Assembly (NCBI GenBank): GCA_963704905.1
Contig: CAVPHZ010000001.1
Coordinates: forward strand, 259,438-323,437
Direction of reading: 5' to 3'
From: Candidatus Chisholmbacteria bacterium
GTDB lineage: Bacteria; Patescibacteriota; Microgenomatia; UBA1400; Chisholmbacteraceae
DNA: 64,000 bases
Positions within the stretch are counted from its first letter, which is position 1. Every line of letters starts with the position of its first letter. The notes beneath the pieces are model-generated. The model had not been told where the DNA came from, made no database searches, and was given only the letters and a program-made list of their open reading frames with translations. A program made the position numbers and the translations under genes. Below, in pieces: positions 20,198 to 30,685 of this stretch.

Positions 20198-20659
20198 ATG
20201 AAACAGCAATTTAAAATTGGTCTTGTAACATCCAGAGGCGGTCATCTTTATCAACTCTACCGGCTGAAAAAATGGTGGAAAAATCATGATCGTTTTTGGA
20301 TTACGTTTCGAGGGGAAGACGTTGACTCCCTTCTTACTGATGAGAGGATCCATTATGCCTATTCACCTGAATCGAGAAATGTTGTTAATGCCATCAAAAA
20401 CGCGTTCTTGTCCATTCGGATTCTTCGAAAAGAGCGACCGGATATTCTTATCAGCTGCGGAGCCGGTATTGCTCCTCCAGTATTTTTTGTTGCAAAACTT
20501 TTCGGAACTCGATTAATCTATATCGAACCGTATGATTTTATCGAGTATCCCAGTTTATCTGGAAGGCTTGTCCGAATTTTGGTTGATAAATATCTTGTTC
20601 AACATAAACGGCAACTCCGATTTTTTTTACGGGCTGAATATTGGGGATCCACGCTATGA
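20198..20659 (+). CDS. Alg14-like / PssD-CpsF glycosyltransferase subunit
   Basis: SRGGHLYQL, ERPDILISCGAGIA, PSLSGRL. Confidence 0.9.
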   Translation: MKQQFKIGLVTSRGGHLYQLYRLKKWWKNHDRFWITFRGEDVDSLLTDERIHYAYSPESRNVVNAIKNAFLSIRILRKERPDILISCGAGIAPPVFFVAKLFGTRLIYIEPYDFIEYPSLSGRLVRILVDKYLVQHKRQLRFFLRAEYWGSTL

Positions 20660-21162
20660 TTTTTGTTACCGTAGGAACTACTCCTTATCCTTTTAAGCGG
20701 GTCGATAAGATTATCGATCATTTATTGAAGACTTTTCCAAAGGAAAATATAATTTATCAATCTCCAACAACCTTAAAAAATTCGAAAGCTGGGTTGGTTA
20801 TTCATTCGGAGTTTTCTTATTCCCGTTTTGTCGAATTGATTCGAAGTGCACGAGTTGTCATTTGCCATGGTGGTCCGGCTACGCTTTTTCTCTGTTTACA
20901 ATACGCTAAACGCAAGCCTTTTGTTATTCCCCGTTTACGATTTTATGGCGAACATGTTGATAATCATCAACTTTATTTTGTTAAATATCTCAGGAAACAA
21001 GCTACTATTGTCACAACTATTCGTGAACAAAACATCATGTCAGATTCAATTTCTTATTGTACTACTCCTCAAGTCCAGAAAAAACGGCAGAATCTTAGTA
21101 GTACACCTACTCTAATCCGTAATCTTGATCATTTTCTCGAATCAATCCAATTGAAGACGTAA
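20656..21162 (+). CDS. Alg13-like / PssE-CpsG glycosyltransferase subunit (GT28 C-terminal)
   Basis: MIFVTVGT, ICHGGPAT, IPRL...GEHVDNHQ; ATGA-coupled start at 20656. Confidence 0.9.
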   Translation: MIFVTVGTTPYPFKRVDKIIDHLLKTFPKENIIYQSPTTLKNSKAGLVIHSEFSYSRFVELIRSARVVICHGGPATLFLCLQYAKRKPFVIPRLRFYGEHVDNHQLYFVKYLRKQATIVTTIREQNIMSDSISYCTTPQVQKKRQNLSSTPTLIRNLDHFLESIQLKT

Positions 21163-21185
21163 AATACTCGGTGCAGTGCATATCT

Positions 21186-22268
21186 ATGAAAGTTGCAATT
21201 GTTCATGATTCATTACTTGAGTTTGGTGGGGCTGAGCGGACGCTTGCAGTTTTTTTTCAGCTGTTTCCTCAGGCAGACCTGTACACAATGTATTTTGAAC
21301 AGTCAGTCCTAGATCAACTGAGGCGAGAGTATGGACTCAATTTCAAGCCGCATGCCGATATACTACAATCATCATTTTTCAGAGGTCGGAGTTCTTTGGC
21401 TCAACTTCTTTCACCTTTTGTTTGGAGATATCAGAAATTAGATGACTACGATCTTGTTCTTTCACACAGCTTTCATCTTATGGCAAATCTTGTGCAACCA
21501 AAACATGCAACTCACATCCAATATATTCAATCTCCACCGAAAAATATTGTAGGTCTTGAGCCTATATCGAGATTGCAATACTTTTTTCCATATCATTTAC
21601 TTCATCAAAAGCTCTATCTCTCTGCGTTGAGATCAACTCCGTATATTATTGTTAATTCTCAGCATATTCTAAAAACTATTCGAGAGATCAGCGGTATAGT
21701 TGCATCAGTCATTTATCCTCCAGTGCAGATTCCTTTGTTCTATCAACAGAAACGGAAACCTCAACATTATCTTTTTGTATCTAGGCTTGAACCTCAAAAA
21801 GGAGTTGAGATTGTCATTGAAGCTGCAAATCGATTACACCTTCCTTTAAAAATCCTTGGGGAATCGAGGATTGCTAGGTATAAAAATTTTCTTCATCACC
21901 TTGCAGGCCCGACAATTTCTTTTGAAGGAATAAAGACTCTAGAACAAATTCGAGACTACTATCAATCAGCCTACGCTTTGATTTTCGCTAGTCGAAATGA
22001 AGATTTTGGCATAAGCCCTGTTGAAGCCATGGCCAGTGGAATACCAGTTATTGCATTCCATTCAGGTGGAGTGACAGAGACTGTTGTTGAATATAAAACT
22101 GGAATGTTTTTTTATGAATACTCTGCGGATAGTTTGGTTCGTTCACTACGAAAATTTGATTGGGAACGGTACTCTCCTAAACTTCTCCATTCACATGCAA
22201 AGCAATTTAGTGTACAGCGGTTTAAAAAAGAGTTTGAAGATTATCTCTCTTCTTCACTGGAGAGATAA
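21186..22268 (+). CDS. GT4 glycosyltransferase (mannosyltransferase-like)
   Basis: MKVAIVHD...GGAERTL, IYPPV, EDFGISPVEAMASG. Confidence 0.9.
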   Translation: MKVAIVHDSLLEFGGAERTLAVFFQLFPQADLYTMYFEQSVLDQLRREYGLNFKPHADILQSSFFRGRSSLAQLLSPFVWRYQKLDDYDLVLSHSFHLMANLVQPKHATHIQYIQSPPKNIVGLEPISRLQYFFPYHLLHQKLYLSALRSTPYIIVNSQHILKTIREISGIVASVIYPPVQIPLFYQQKRKPQHYLFVSRLEPQKGVEIVIEAANRLHLPLKILGESRIARYKNFLHHLAGPTISFEGIKTLEQIRDYYQSAYALIFASRNEDFGISPVEAMASGIPVIAFHSGGVTETVVEYKTGMFFYEYSADSLVRSLRKFDWERYSPKLLHSHAKQFSVQRFKKEFEDYLSSSLER

Positions 22269-22276
22269 TCTTTATT

Positions 22277-23167
22277 TTAATTTAACACTGCGTATTTACG
22301 ACCAGCTTTGTAGAAAATCGGATAGATTACGAAGAGTACTAGAAATCCGACTTTTCCCCAGATATTTCGTTCTCTCAATCGGAGAGTTACCTCGTTCAAC
22401 CACAGTTTCTTATCGTCCTGCTTTAGTGAGGGGGTGGGGTGTATTCTCTTTTGTTGCAGGAGTTTTTGTATTCCGTATCCCTTCCAGAAATTTTTCGAAA
22501 TGAATTTTAATAGGGAGGTTGAGTATTGATGAGAAACACTCATTTCAGGGTTGTAGTGCATGTTGCTGTCTTTTAAAAACATCCTTTCTCCAAGCTCGGT
22601 GTCTTCAAGGTGTGTGTTTCCGAAAGTCGTGTCTGATGAGAAGTTAAATTTCTTTATAAAACTTGCTTTAAATGCAGAGTTTTTCGTATCAATTGCCGAT
22701 CCAGATTTTATTTTACAAATTGCGGATAAGTTCGGAATTGTTTGCATCAACCAGCGCAAGGTATAGGCTTCTTCTATACGCATGTAAGTGTTTTCTATAA
22801 GAGTTGTGCTCTTTCCAACCACTCCAACTGAATCTGGGTAAGATTGAAAGAATTGTTCAATACTTTCTATCCACTTATCATCTGCAACGCAGTCATCATC
22901 GGTAAAAGCAATGATATTTCCTCTTGCTTGTTCCATCCCTCTATTACGAGCATATGAAATGCCTATCTTTTGTTCATTGGAGTATTTGAGAGGGAGTAGT
23001 TTATTGTACTTTTGGCAGATACCAACGGTGTTGTCCGATGACGAATTATCGATTACAAGCACTTCAATTGGCTTGATTGACTGAGAAGTCAGTGATTGAA
23101 GGCAAGTGTTTAATTGTTCTGCCCTATTTCTCGTAGGAATAATTATGCTAACTTTTCTATTTATCAT
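22277..23167 (-). CDS. GT2 glycosyltransferase
   Basis: SIIIPTRNR, ARNRG, AFTDDDC, LEDTELG. Confidence 0.9.
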   Translation of the reverse strand: MINRKVSIIIPTRNRAEQLNTCLQSLTSQSIKPIEVLVIDNSSSDNTVGICQKYNKLLPLKYSNEQKIGISYARNRGMEQARGNIIAFTDDDCVADDKWIESIEQFFQSYPDSVGVVGKSTTLIENTYMRIEEAYTLRWLMQTIPNLSAICKIKSGSAIDTKNSAFKASFIKKFNFSSDTTFGNTHLEDTELGERMFLKDSNMHYNPEMSVSHQYSTSLLKFISKNFWKGYGIQKLLQQKRIHPTPSLKQDDKKLWLNEVTLRLRERNIWGKVGFLVLFVIYPIFYKAGRKYAVLN

Positions 23168-23984
23168 CTGGAAAGTTGTAGGTATAGTATCTCTCGGGAA
23201 TGTTCGGAATGCTTCCGTCTGGAAACAGTGATGTTAATTGTGATTTATAGAGTTGTATAAGATCTTTTTTTTTCTCCACATTTTCAAATATTTCCATGAT
23301 TTTGTAATATCTTGGATCAGTTTGGAAAAACTTTTCTACCTCAGGATGCTTACTGTTGTATGGAAAGTCTTCCCAAAATATGGTGTCCTTCCCCCTTGTA
23401 ATTGATAAAATAACATCTCGAATCATTACGTGATCAATGTGCCCGCCAATACCCAATGGTGCAAATATTGTTTGTTTTGGTCTAATAGCGTTTTCTATCT
23501 CTGTTACAAGATCTGATCGTGTGTCATTGTCTAGCTTTGAAATTTTTCCAGAAAATAGGTGCTTTGAGGTTGGATATACATGGACCAGCTCGGGAATAAT
23601 GCTAGATACCATCTTTTCTAATTTGCTTGTTATTTTTTTCTTTCTCCAGAGGGCATCGATAAACTTTTTGTGGTGAAGACTTAGCTTGAGTCTCTTTAAC
23701 GATCTCTCATCTTCTCTTTTTCTCTCTTTGAACATTGATACTGGTTCGGAAAATCCTGATTTCTCTGCCACTTTTTTTGCAGCTTTGGTGTAAGGAGGTT
23801 CAGAGGCTTGAGTAAACATTGTGATGACTCGAATCTTCTTCTTTTCATTCACTAAAGATGTCAGAAGTACTCCGCAGGACAACATCGCATCGTCAAGATG
23901 AGGTGAGATGAATACTAGCTCCTTGCTTTTAAGCATCTTTTCTTGTAGTGTGTTGGAACTTTTTTTAGATCTCGTATCTGACAT
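23157..23984 (-). CDS. PIG-L family deacetylase
   Basis: ISPHLDDAMLSCG, APLGIGGHIDH, WEDFPY. Confidence 0.88.
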   Translation of the reverse strand: MSDTRSKKSSNTLQEKMLKSKELVFISPHLDDAMLSCGVLLTSLVNEKKKIRVITMFTQASEPPYTKAAKKVAEKSGFSEPVSMFKERKREDERSLKRLKLSLHHKKFIDALWRKKKITSKLEKMVSSIIPELVHVYPTSKHLFSGKISKLDNDTRSDLVTEIENAIRPKQTIFAPLGIGGHIDHVMIRDVILSITRGKDTIFWEDFPYNSKHPEVEKFFQTDPRYYKIMEIFENVEKKKDLIQLYKSQLTSLFPDGSIPNIPERYYTYNFPDDK

Positions 23985-24027
23985 ATACTGTGAGCAGTTT
24001 ATCAGATCAATGTTGTTGAACTTAGCT

Positions 24028-25059
24028 ATGATGTATTCGTTGATTTCACTGCTGTACTGCTCTAAATGTCAGAAGTCAATAAGACCTGAGAAGATTATTA
24101 ATAAAGTTCGAGACAAAATTTTGCATGGCACTCTCTCATGTGCTTGTCAATTATATCCAGTTCTTAATGGAGTGGTATTTTATAAACAAGACAAGATTCA
24201 AAAGAAAGTACTCCATTTTGTAGAGCACGAGAAAGAACTTCTTTCTATTAACAAGCAAATACCATTTTTTCTTTTTTCTTTACGATTAGGGTCGGTTGTC
24301 ACTTATCAACTAGTCAAGATTTGTGTTACTTATCTCAATCTTCAAAATATATCTCTAACTAAATTCTACCAACTAGTTCTTTTCCTTCAACTGGGCAACT
24401 GGGATTGGATATCCTACCTCAGAAAAAAGCAATCACATCCAAGCTTTTTTTCATCAGTTATATCAAGCATCTTGGTTAAAAAAAATGATTATCTTCTAGA
24501 TGTTGGATGTGGTGCGGGACATTTTTTAAATATTTTTGAAAATGACTCAAGGAATATTCGTTGTATCGGAGTGGATCACGACCTTACAAGCCTTTACCTT
24601 GCGAGCAAGTACTTATCTCCATCGAGTAGTTATATTTATCTTGATTTGGAAGACTCTCTTCCATTTCCACCAAACGCGTTTCAGCGAATATTCAGCTGTG
24701 ATTCATTCCATCTTGTGAATCAAAAACAAGCATTGATTAATGAATTATCAAGAATTTCCAAGTCTGGTACAATTGCGTTAAACCACCTTCATAATTCTCG
24801 ATATTTTTCTAATAAACATGGTTTTGATGAGCCTTCCCTTACACCACGTCAGTATTTAGCACTGTTTACAGATGCAAAAGTAAATCCTGTGCTTTACTCT
24901 GAAGTTGTTGTTACTGAGGGACGGCTACAATATGTGGATACACGTACTCGATTACCAACTCTTCCTACGCTTACTCTCGTCGCATACACTGGACACCAAC
25001 TTGGCAAGAAAGGCGACCTGACTCTTTCTAATAAACCATATGCTCCTAATAGTCTTTAA
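24028..25059 (+). CDS. Class I SAM methyltransferase with Trm112-like Cys-containing N-terminus
   Basis: LYCSKC...LSCACQLYPVLNGV; LLDVGCGAGH; start moved to ATG 24028 to remove overlap. Confidence 0.8.
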   Translation: MMYSLISLLYCSKCQKSIRPEKIINKVRDKILHGTLSCACQLYPVLNGVVFYKQDKIQKKVLHFVEHEKELLSINKQIPFFLFSLRLGSVVTYQLVKICVTYLNLQNISLTKFYQLVLFLQLGNWDWISYLRKKQSHPSFFSSVISSILVKKNDYLLDVGCGAGHFLNIFENDSRNIRCIGVDHDLTSLYLASKYLSPSSSYIYLDLEDSLPFPPNAFQRIFSCDSFHLVNQKQALINELSRISKSGTIALNHLHNSRYFSNKHGFDEPSLTPRQYLALFTDAKVNPVLYSEVVVTEGRLQYVDTRTRLPTLPTLTLVAYTGHQLGKKGDLTLSNKPYAPNSL

Positions 25060-25060
25060 T

Positions 25061-26197
25061 CTAAGTGATAAAGATGTTGTGAAGTTTTTCTGTCGACACT
25101 TCCCATGAGAATTGTTTTGCTAGTTGGATGCATTTCTTTTGAATTTGTATTTTTTCTTTATTGGTTAACCCGTCATAAAACATAATTCTCTTTTGCAATT
25201 CAGTTGTACTCGCATCTTCTAATATCAACCGGGGGTCAATTTTCTTCTGAAGTTTTGCGAGTTCACCGACTTGAGTCGTCAACATTGGTGTTCCACAGGC
25301 AATTGATTCGAGATAACTCAACGGTAAAACCTCGGTTCTTGAAGGAAGAATGGTTATCAGGCTCTGGTGATAGAGTGTAGCTAACTTCTCTGGTGTTTGA
25401 TTCTTGAAAGCTTTGCAATTGTTTAAGTAGTTGATTTTAAAGAGAATACCCTTTTCGTACAGCTGATCGCTCGATTCTACATAGGCAAAAAGAAACTGAA
25501 ATGCTTTGAGGTTTTTTGCCGTCTCAATAATTGTTGATACTCCTTTGTCTTCGCTCAGGCGACCACTGTACAGAATCGTCTTACGCGATGTGTTCTTCTT
25601 CTGTCCTTTTGAGTTGAACACATTCTGCTGAATACCATAAGGAATAACTTCGATTCTCTTTACTTTCAAGAATGAGAAGTGGCGTCTTAGTTTTCGTTTG
25701 GCTGTTTCTGTTGGACATACCACTTTATCGACCTTTCGAAGTGTTATGCGCTCAATGATTGTCATTGTGCTGAAATACATGAATATATACACCATTAAAA
25801 AGAATGCGTGTCGGTGTTTTTTACATTCAACCAAGACTGTATCATGTTTCATTCCATGGAAATGAAAGATCCGCTTACTTCTCCGGCTTGTTGGATGGAG
25901 TGTTGCTACAAACAGACACACTAATGATGGAGAGTAGATCACTTCTCTTTGAGTTTTTATAGAAAACTTTTGACTGAGCGCGTTCCAGCAGCTACTAAGA
26001 TTTGAAATTAAATTCAACCAGAGCTGAAATTTTGGACCTGGTCTAGCAAAGGTTTTATATGTTCTTATCTCTGCATCAGTGATGGTATTTGAACCATATT
26101 GTTTTTTGTAGCTGCTAATAAACTGCTTCGTCGCAATCCATTCCCCACCAGCCTCATGCGGATACAAGGCGAGAATGTTGTATTTGTTATGTTTCAC
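25061..26197 (-). CDS. GT4 glycosyltransferase
   Basis: YSGRLSEDKG, PSRTEVLPLSYLESIACGTP. Confidence 0.88.
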   Translation of the reverse strand: MKHNKYNILALYPHEAGGEWIATKQFISSYKKQYGSNTITDAEIRTYKTFARPGPKFQLWLNLISNLSSCWNALSQKFSIKTQREVIYSPSLVCLFVATLHPTSRRSKRIFHFHGMKHDTVLVECKKHRHAFFLMVYIFMYFSTMTIIERITLRKVDKVVCPTETAKRKLRRHFSFLKVKRIEVIPYGIQQNVFNSKGQKKNTSRKTILYSGRLSEDKGVSTIIETAKNLKAFQFLFAYVESSDQLYEKGILFKINYLNNCKAFKNQTPEKLATLYHQSLITILPSRTEVLPLSYLESIACGTPMLTTQVGELAKLQKKIDPRLILEDASTTELQKRIMFYDGLTNKEKIQIQKKCIQLAKQFSWEVSTEKLHNIFIT

Positions 26198-26215
26198 TGA
26201 AATTAGTTGATGCTA

Positions 26216-27151
26216 TTACTCTTCGCTGTCGAGAAGTTTTGTGATTGTTGGAAAGACACTTATATGGTCAAAGTTTAATGGCAATACTGATCCAATTTTT
26301 ACTGGTATGTCATCGAACGCGTATATTTCGTTTCGAAATACTTTTGTCTTCAATAGAATGGTATATGTTACATCCTTTAATACAGGATCTGTTACTTCCA
26401 GTGGTTGTCCCATGTCAGTAATTACAATTCTTCTAGCTGGCACTATCTCATTTGACTCTATTTTAACCAATACATTTTTATTTGAATCGAGAATCTTGTC
26501 ACCAACCTTCACTGCATCGGCTATTTCCGGTAACACTCCGTACACATCTGAGTACTCTCTTGAAGGGTAGAGAAGCTTTGCTTCAAGTTCTACAACTTCT
26601 GTTTCGTAAATATCCTGAATGTTGTTCACATCTGTTACAAGACCGTCAAATTGAATGGTGGAAAAATTAAACTGAAGAGGGGTTCCAAACGCCAGCTTTT
26701 GACCTTTAATTGAATATGCTTTGCTTCTGGAGTCGTATACTGCTCTTGTTTGAATCGTAAGATATACTACTTTTCTAGGAATGGTATTTGAATCTGAAAA
26801 GTAGTCTCCTCTTAATTCGCGTGGTTGACTAACATCAAATGATTCGACATCGACAATTTGAGAGTTTATTCTCCCTAAAGCATCTTTTTCCACATCACCT
26901 ATTTGAAATCTGTTCGCAAACCAACTCAAAGGTTGTGTTCTGGCATAAAGCAAGTCACGATCTGTTACTTTAACCCGTAGCTCAACAAATTCAGTCTTTC
27001 TAAATAAAAAAATAAAAACTCCTATTAGTACCGCTCCTAATACTACAAACAGTACGTAGTCTATAGTTCGTAGTGAGAGTTTTTTTAGCAAGTCTCCAGC
27101 TAATATGCTCTGCCATTTTTTCCTTAGTGTCATCATTATAGTCTCACTCAT
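26216..27151 (-). CDS. Membrane-anchored protein with two tandem DUF4330-like beta domains
   Basis: IDY + TM; repeated FQIGD../VKVGD.. units ending in KGQKLAFG / IPVKIG. Confidence 0.6.
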   Translation of the reverse strand: MSETIMMTLRKKWQSILAGDLLKKLSLRTIDYVLFVVLGAVLIGVFIFLFRKTEFVELRVKVTDRDLLYARTQPLSWFANRFQIGDVEKDALGRINSQIVDVESFDVSQPRELRGDYFSDSNTIPRKVVYLTIQTRAVYDSRSKAYSIKGQKLAFGTPLQFNFSTIQFDGLVTDVNNIQDIYETEVVELEAKLLYPSREYSDVYGVLPEIADAVKVGDKILDSNKNVLVKIESNEIVPARRIVITDMGQPLEVTDPVLKDVTYTILLKTKVFRNEIYAFDDIPVKIGSVLPLNFDHISVFPTITKLLDSEE

Positions 27152-28614
27152 GAGTATCCGATAAGCATCCCGAGTATGATACCCAATAGAGGAAATTCTA
27201 GCAAGGCGATATGGGGTTGAAATACGTAATATATCATGATGGCTAGTAAGTTTATTTTTACTAACAACCCTTCAAAGTTGTTGACCTTTTTAACTTTTAA
27301 AGAAAAACCAGAAAGAAATATCATAAAAAATAAAATCATTGCAAAAATGCCTGAATCGACCAAGATTTGTATATATGCATTATGAACAGCTGTTGGAAAT
27401 ATACTTATTATTCCTCTTGGAAAGTATTTTATTATGGTAGCCTCATTTGTTCCTACCCCAGTTCCAATCCATAGATTAAACTGACTCGCATAGAGACCTT
27501 CTTTTATTAATTCTAATCTTGTTTCAATGCCAGCTCCTTTGTAAAAAGTATTTATAGTGAGAGCAAGTCGTGGACTAATAAGCAAAATTACTGACACAGA
27601 TAAAACACTAAAATATGCAACGTAACTTCGCCATTCCACCCTCTTCAATTTAGCAATCAACGTGCGTTTGTATTTATTTACGATTACAATTATTCCTATT
27701 AATGCTGCTGACCATACAGTCCTACTATTGCTCAGCAAAATAGTAAGACAAGATAAAAGTATTGGCACAAAGTATAGAAAGTTTCGAAAATTATTTTTTT
27801 CTTTCCATGTAAGAGCCAAATAAAGAGTTGTCTGTGTGAGAATTAGAATACCAAGTTGATTTGCATTGGTGTATGTACCTAATGGACGAAAGAACTGAGG
27901 AGAGTCTGGACTCTGACCAATTCCAGCTGACTGATAAGATTCTACACCTAATCTGATAGTTGACTGTTTTACAAACTGCATTATCGAAATAACAGATTGG
28001 AATGTGATCATTCCGGCGAGCAGTGTTGATATTCTTCTTTTATATTGTTGAGAGGTATTAATTATGTGTAGTGTTGAGAAGATCATAACTATTATAATTG
28101 CTTGTTGGACTGCAAGTATCATGGAGGTGGAGAAAAATGGAGATTTAATTGAGGAAATCAGTGCTAGTATTATATAACCAATTACACTACATGATAACAA
28201 TTTATGATGGAAAATCTTCTTTATAGTTTTATTAAATTCTTCGAACGCTTCGAATCGAATCATCCCTATTAATAAAAATAATAGTATTACATGATATGGC
28301 GTTATTCCCCATCCAGTCAGATATCCAAAACGGTAAACTTCATTTTCCATTAATCGTCCAGGAATAGCTTCGACGGTATACCACTTGCCAATCTTAAATT
28401 GACTAGCAAACACCGAAGCTAGATATAATCCAAGCGTGAGTGATTTATTCAAAACACTTGAAATAACAGCGACAAAAAGAAGCCAAATTAGAATAGCTTT
28501 ATTTGATGATGCGCTGAATAGTGCACTGAAACTTGCCAATAATGTCGATGAAATTGCTGGGTGTTTGAATGCTATTTTTTTAACTTTTGTTATGATGCTG
28601 CTATGAAACTTCAT
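27148..28614 (-). CDS. O-antigen ligase/Wzy-like membrane protein
   Basis: RPLGTYTNANQLG, LSNSRTVW, TRL...GTGVG...AVHNAYIQ. Confidence 0.85.
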   Translation of the reverse strand: MKFHSSIITKVKKIAFKHPAISSTLLASFSALFSASSNKAILIWLLFVAVISSVLNKSLTLGLYLASVFASQFKIGKWYTVEAIPGRLMENEVYRFGYLTGWGITPYHVILLFLLIGMIRFEAFEEFNKTIKKIFHHKLLSCSVIGYIILALISSIKSPFFSTSMILAVQQAIIIVMIFSTLHIINTSQQYKRRISTLLAGMITFQSVISIMQFVKQSTIRLGVESYQSAGIGQSPDSPQFFRPLGTYTNANQLGILILTQTTLYLALTWKEKNNFRNFLYFVPILLSCLTILLSNSRTVWSAALIGIIVIVNKYKRTLIAKLKRVEWRSYVAYFSVLSVSVILLISPRLALTINTFYKGAGIETRLELIKEGLYASQFNLWIGTGVGTNEATIIKYFPRGIISIFPTAVHNAYIQILVDSGIFAMILFFMIFLSGFSLKVKKVNNFEGLLVKINLLAIMIYYVFQPHIALLEFPLLGIILGMLIGYS

Positions 28615-29412
28615 AATTCTCCCTTTTATATTCTCATTCGGTCGTGGAATTCATTTCATTATTTTGATCAATGTATTGAATCTGTATTCAAACAACATTT
28701 TAATGATTATACGATTTTGTTCGTTGATGATTGTTCTGAGTATACCAAGGATCAAAAACAGCACATCAAACAGCGCCTGAGTGGTCATATTGTTGTATTT
28801 AACAAAGAGCGCAAGCATTCACTTCGCAATGCCTATGAGATGCTGCGCACTTATGTTTCTGACGATACTTCGATAATTTTTAATCTCGATGGGGATGATT
28901 TTCTTTCAAGCCCTAAGGCATTTCAAATAATTCAGGACACCTATCAGCAAACGAATTGTTTATTAACTTATGGGGAGTGCTTTGTGCTAAAAAATTCCTG
29001 GACACCGTCGAGATATTTGCCATCTCGTTACGTACTTAAAGGTTTGAATATCCGATACCCTTCTGACGTTGAGAAAAATAATTTGTATCGAAAGGATTAT
29101 TTTCGTCCGCTTCATCCCCGAACATGGAAGGTGGATCTCTTCAGAAAAATTAGACTACAGGATTTACTCGATGACCACGGTAAGTGGTTTACCACATGTG
29201 AAGATCAAGCAATGTATTTTCCAATGCTCGAAATGAGTGGAGGTCGTTACCATGTTTTAAGGCAACCCTTATATTACTACAGAACAGGTCATGTGATTTC
29301 TGATGAGGTGTTACATCGCTCGCTACAACTACAAGATGAGAGGGATATTCAAAAAAAACCACCATACTCTCCCTTGGAAGAACAGGCAAGTAACTTAAAA
29401 CATAATATTTAG
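28603..29412 (+). CDS. GT2 glycosyltransferase
   Basis: FVDDCS, NLDGDD, CEDQAMYFPMLEM; start ATG 28603. Confidence 0.85.
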   Translation: MKLHNSPFYILIRSWNSFHYFDQCIESVFKQHFNDYTILFVDDCSEYTKDQKQHIKQRLSGHIVVFNKERKHSLRNAYEMLRTYVSDDTSIIFNLDGDDFLSSPKAFQIIQDTYQQTNCLLTYGECFVLKNSWTPSRYLPSRYVLKGLNIRYPSDVEKNNLYRKDYFRPLHPRTWKVDLFRKIRLQDLLDDHGKWFTTCEDQAMYFPMLEMSGGRYHVLRQPLYYYRTGHVISDEVLHRSLQLQDERDIQKKPPYSPLEEQASNLKHNI

Positions 29413-29434
29413 TTGAGAAAATATTGAAATTTTT

Positions 29435-30574
29435 TCATATCTTCATTGAGAATCGCGTTTTTGCTTTTTCATGAATGATATTTGTGATCCGCCGATTTGC
29501 TACTGCCCATGACCATTCTTTTTCCATCTCTCTCGATGGTTGTCTTATATAGTTGGTGGGGAAAAACACTTTATATTTCATGTAGAACAATAACACTTTT
29601 TGTTGAATTTGTAAGTTATTCCTATAATTATTTACTTCTCTTTCTAGCTCCTTAGGCACAACCTCAGGAAAAAGTTCTTCCAATAACATGAATTGCCAAA
29701 ATAAATACTCTTTCAGTTTGAATTTTTTAAGAATTATAATAATTTCGTTCCATTTGATATTAGATTTATATGTTTGAATAACCTTCGCAAATTCTAACAA
29801 TCTAATCCCTAATTGAAAGTTGTGCTGTAGGAATAGGTGTAAGAATAGGCTCAATGTAAGTGTCGTGGGTGAAACTGTCGTTACATAAAGATTATGATAG
29901 TGAACCTTGTTTCTCCTTTTAAATATCTCCTGTGTAATCGCTGCAATGCTCTGATTGTTGAGAATGGGGGAGGTAAAAAAGTTATACGTATCCGCTACCG
30001 AAGTGTGTATTTCCACTCTATGACTTCCCTTTGAAAAAACTTCCTCTCTCCTTGGAAGAAAAAAATCTATTGAAGGAATGCGGTTTAGTTTTACTTCATT
30101 CGTTGATTCAGAAAGATATTGGTAACTGCTTTTAAATAAAATGTTGGTTGTTCTTTTGAATTCTTCTATAGGTATGAGTATATCAATATCATTTGGGATT
30201 TTTATTCTCTCCTTACCCCACAATTCGTGATTTCTTGCGTAGGTTTTTAAGATGATGTAATTAAGGTCTTGCGCTATTAACTCCTTGATTATCTTCTCTG
30301 ATTGTTTTTCATGCCACAGCGCCTTGAGTTGTATGTGGCGTTTCTGTTTGGTTAGGTTGTTCACAAGTTTTAGTGGGATGTGCTTTGACAAATTGTTACT
30401 TCTAAGTTGATTGATGACTACAACTTGTAAGAAGTTATTCTCTATGATATTCAAAACTTTCTCCCAGTGTAAATCTGATGTAGAGATTAGATTTTCTATT
30501 TTTCTAACAGTATTTTGTGAACGAGTGACTTCAAGTTGACAAAATAGTTTAATCAATTTAGTTTCTTTGAACAT
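29435..30574 (-). CDS. Uncharacterised nucleotidyltransferase (NTP_transf_5-like, lasso/RRE-cluster type)
   Basis: YIILKTY...RIKIPNDIDILI...VEIH...HLFLQH...W..I. Confidence 0.8.
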   Translation of the reverse strand: MFKETKLIKLFCQLEVTRSQNTVRKIENLISTSDLHWEKVLNIIENNFLQVVVINQLRSNNLSKHIPLKLVNNLTKQKRHIQLKALWHEKQSEKIIKELIAQDLNYIILKTYARNHELWGKERIKIPNDIDILIPIEEFKRTTNILFKSSYQYLSESTNEVKLNRIPSIDFFLPRREEVFSKGSHRVEIHTSVADTYNFFTSPILNNQSIAAITQEIFKRRNKVHYHNLYVTTVSPTTLTLSLFLHLFLQHNFQLGIRLLEFAKVIQTYKSNIKWNEIIIILKKFKLKEYLFWQFMLLEELFPEVVPKELEREVNNYRNNLQIQQKVLLFYMKYKVFFPTNYIRQPSREMEKEWSWAVANRRITNIIHEKAKTRFSMKI

Positions 30575-30685
30575 TTTACTGCCTCGGAATGGTTATACAT
30601 CAAATTATTACAGCATTAGTCTTGAGAAAGTTTATATTCGTTCAAGTTTATATACATTCAATGTGGTATTTTGAATGCCTCATCT

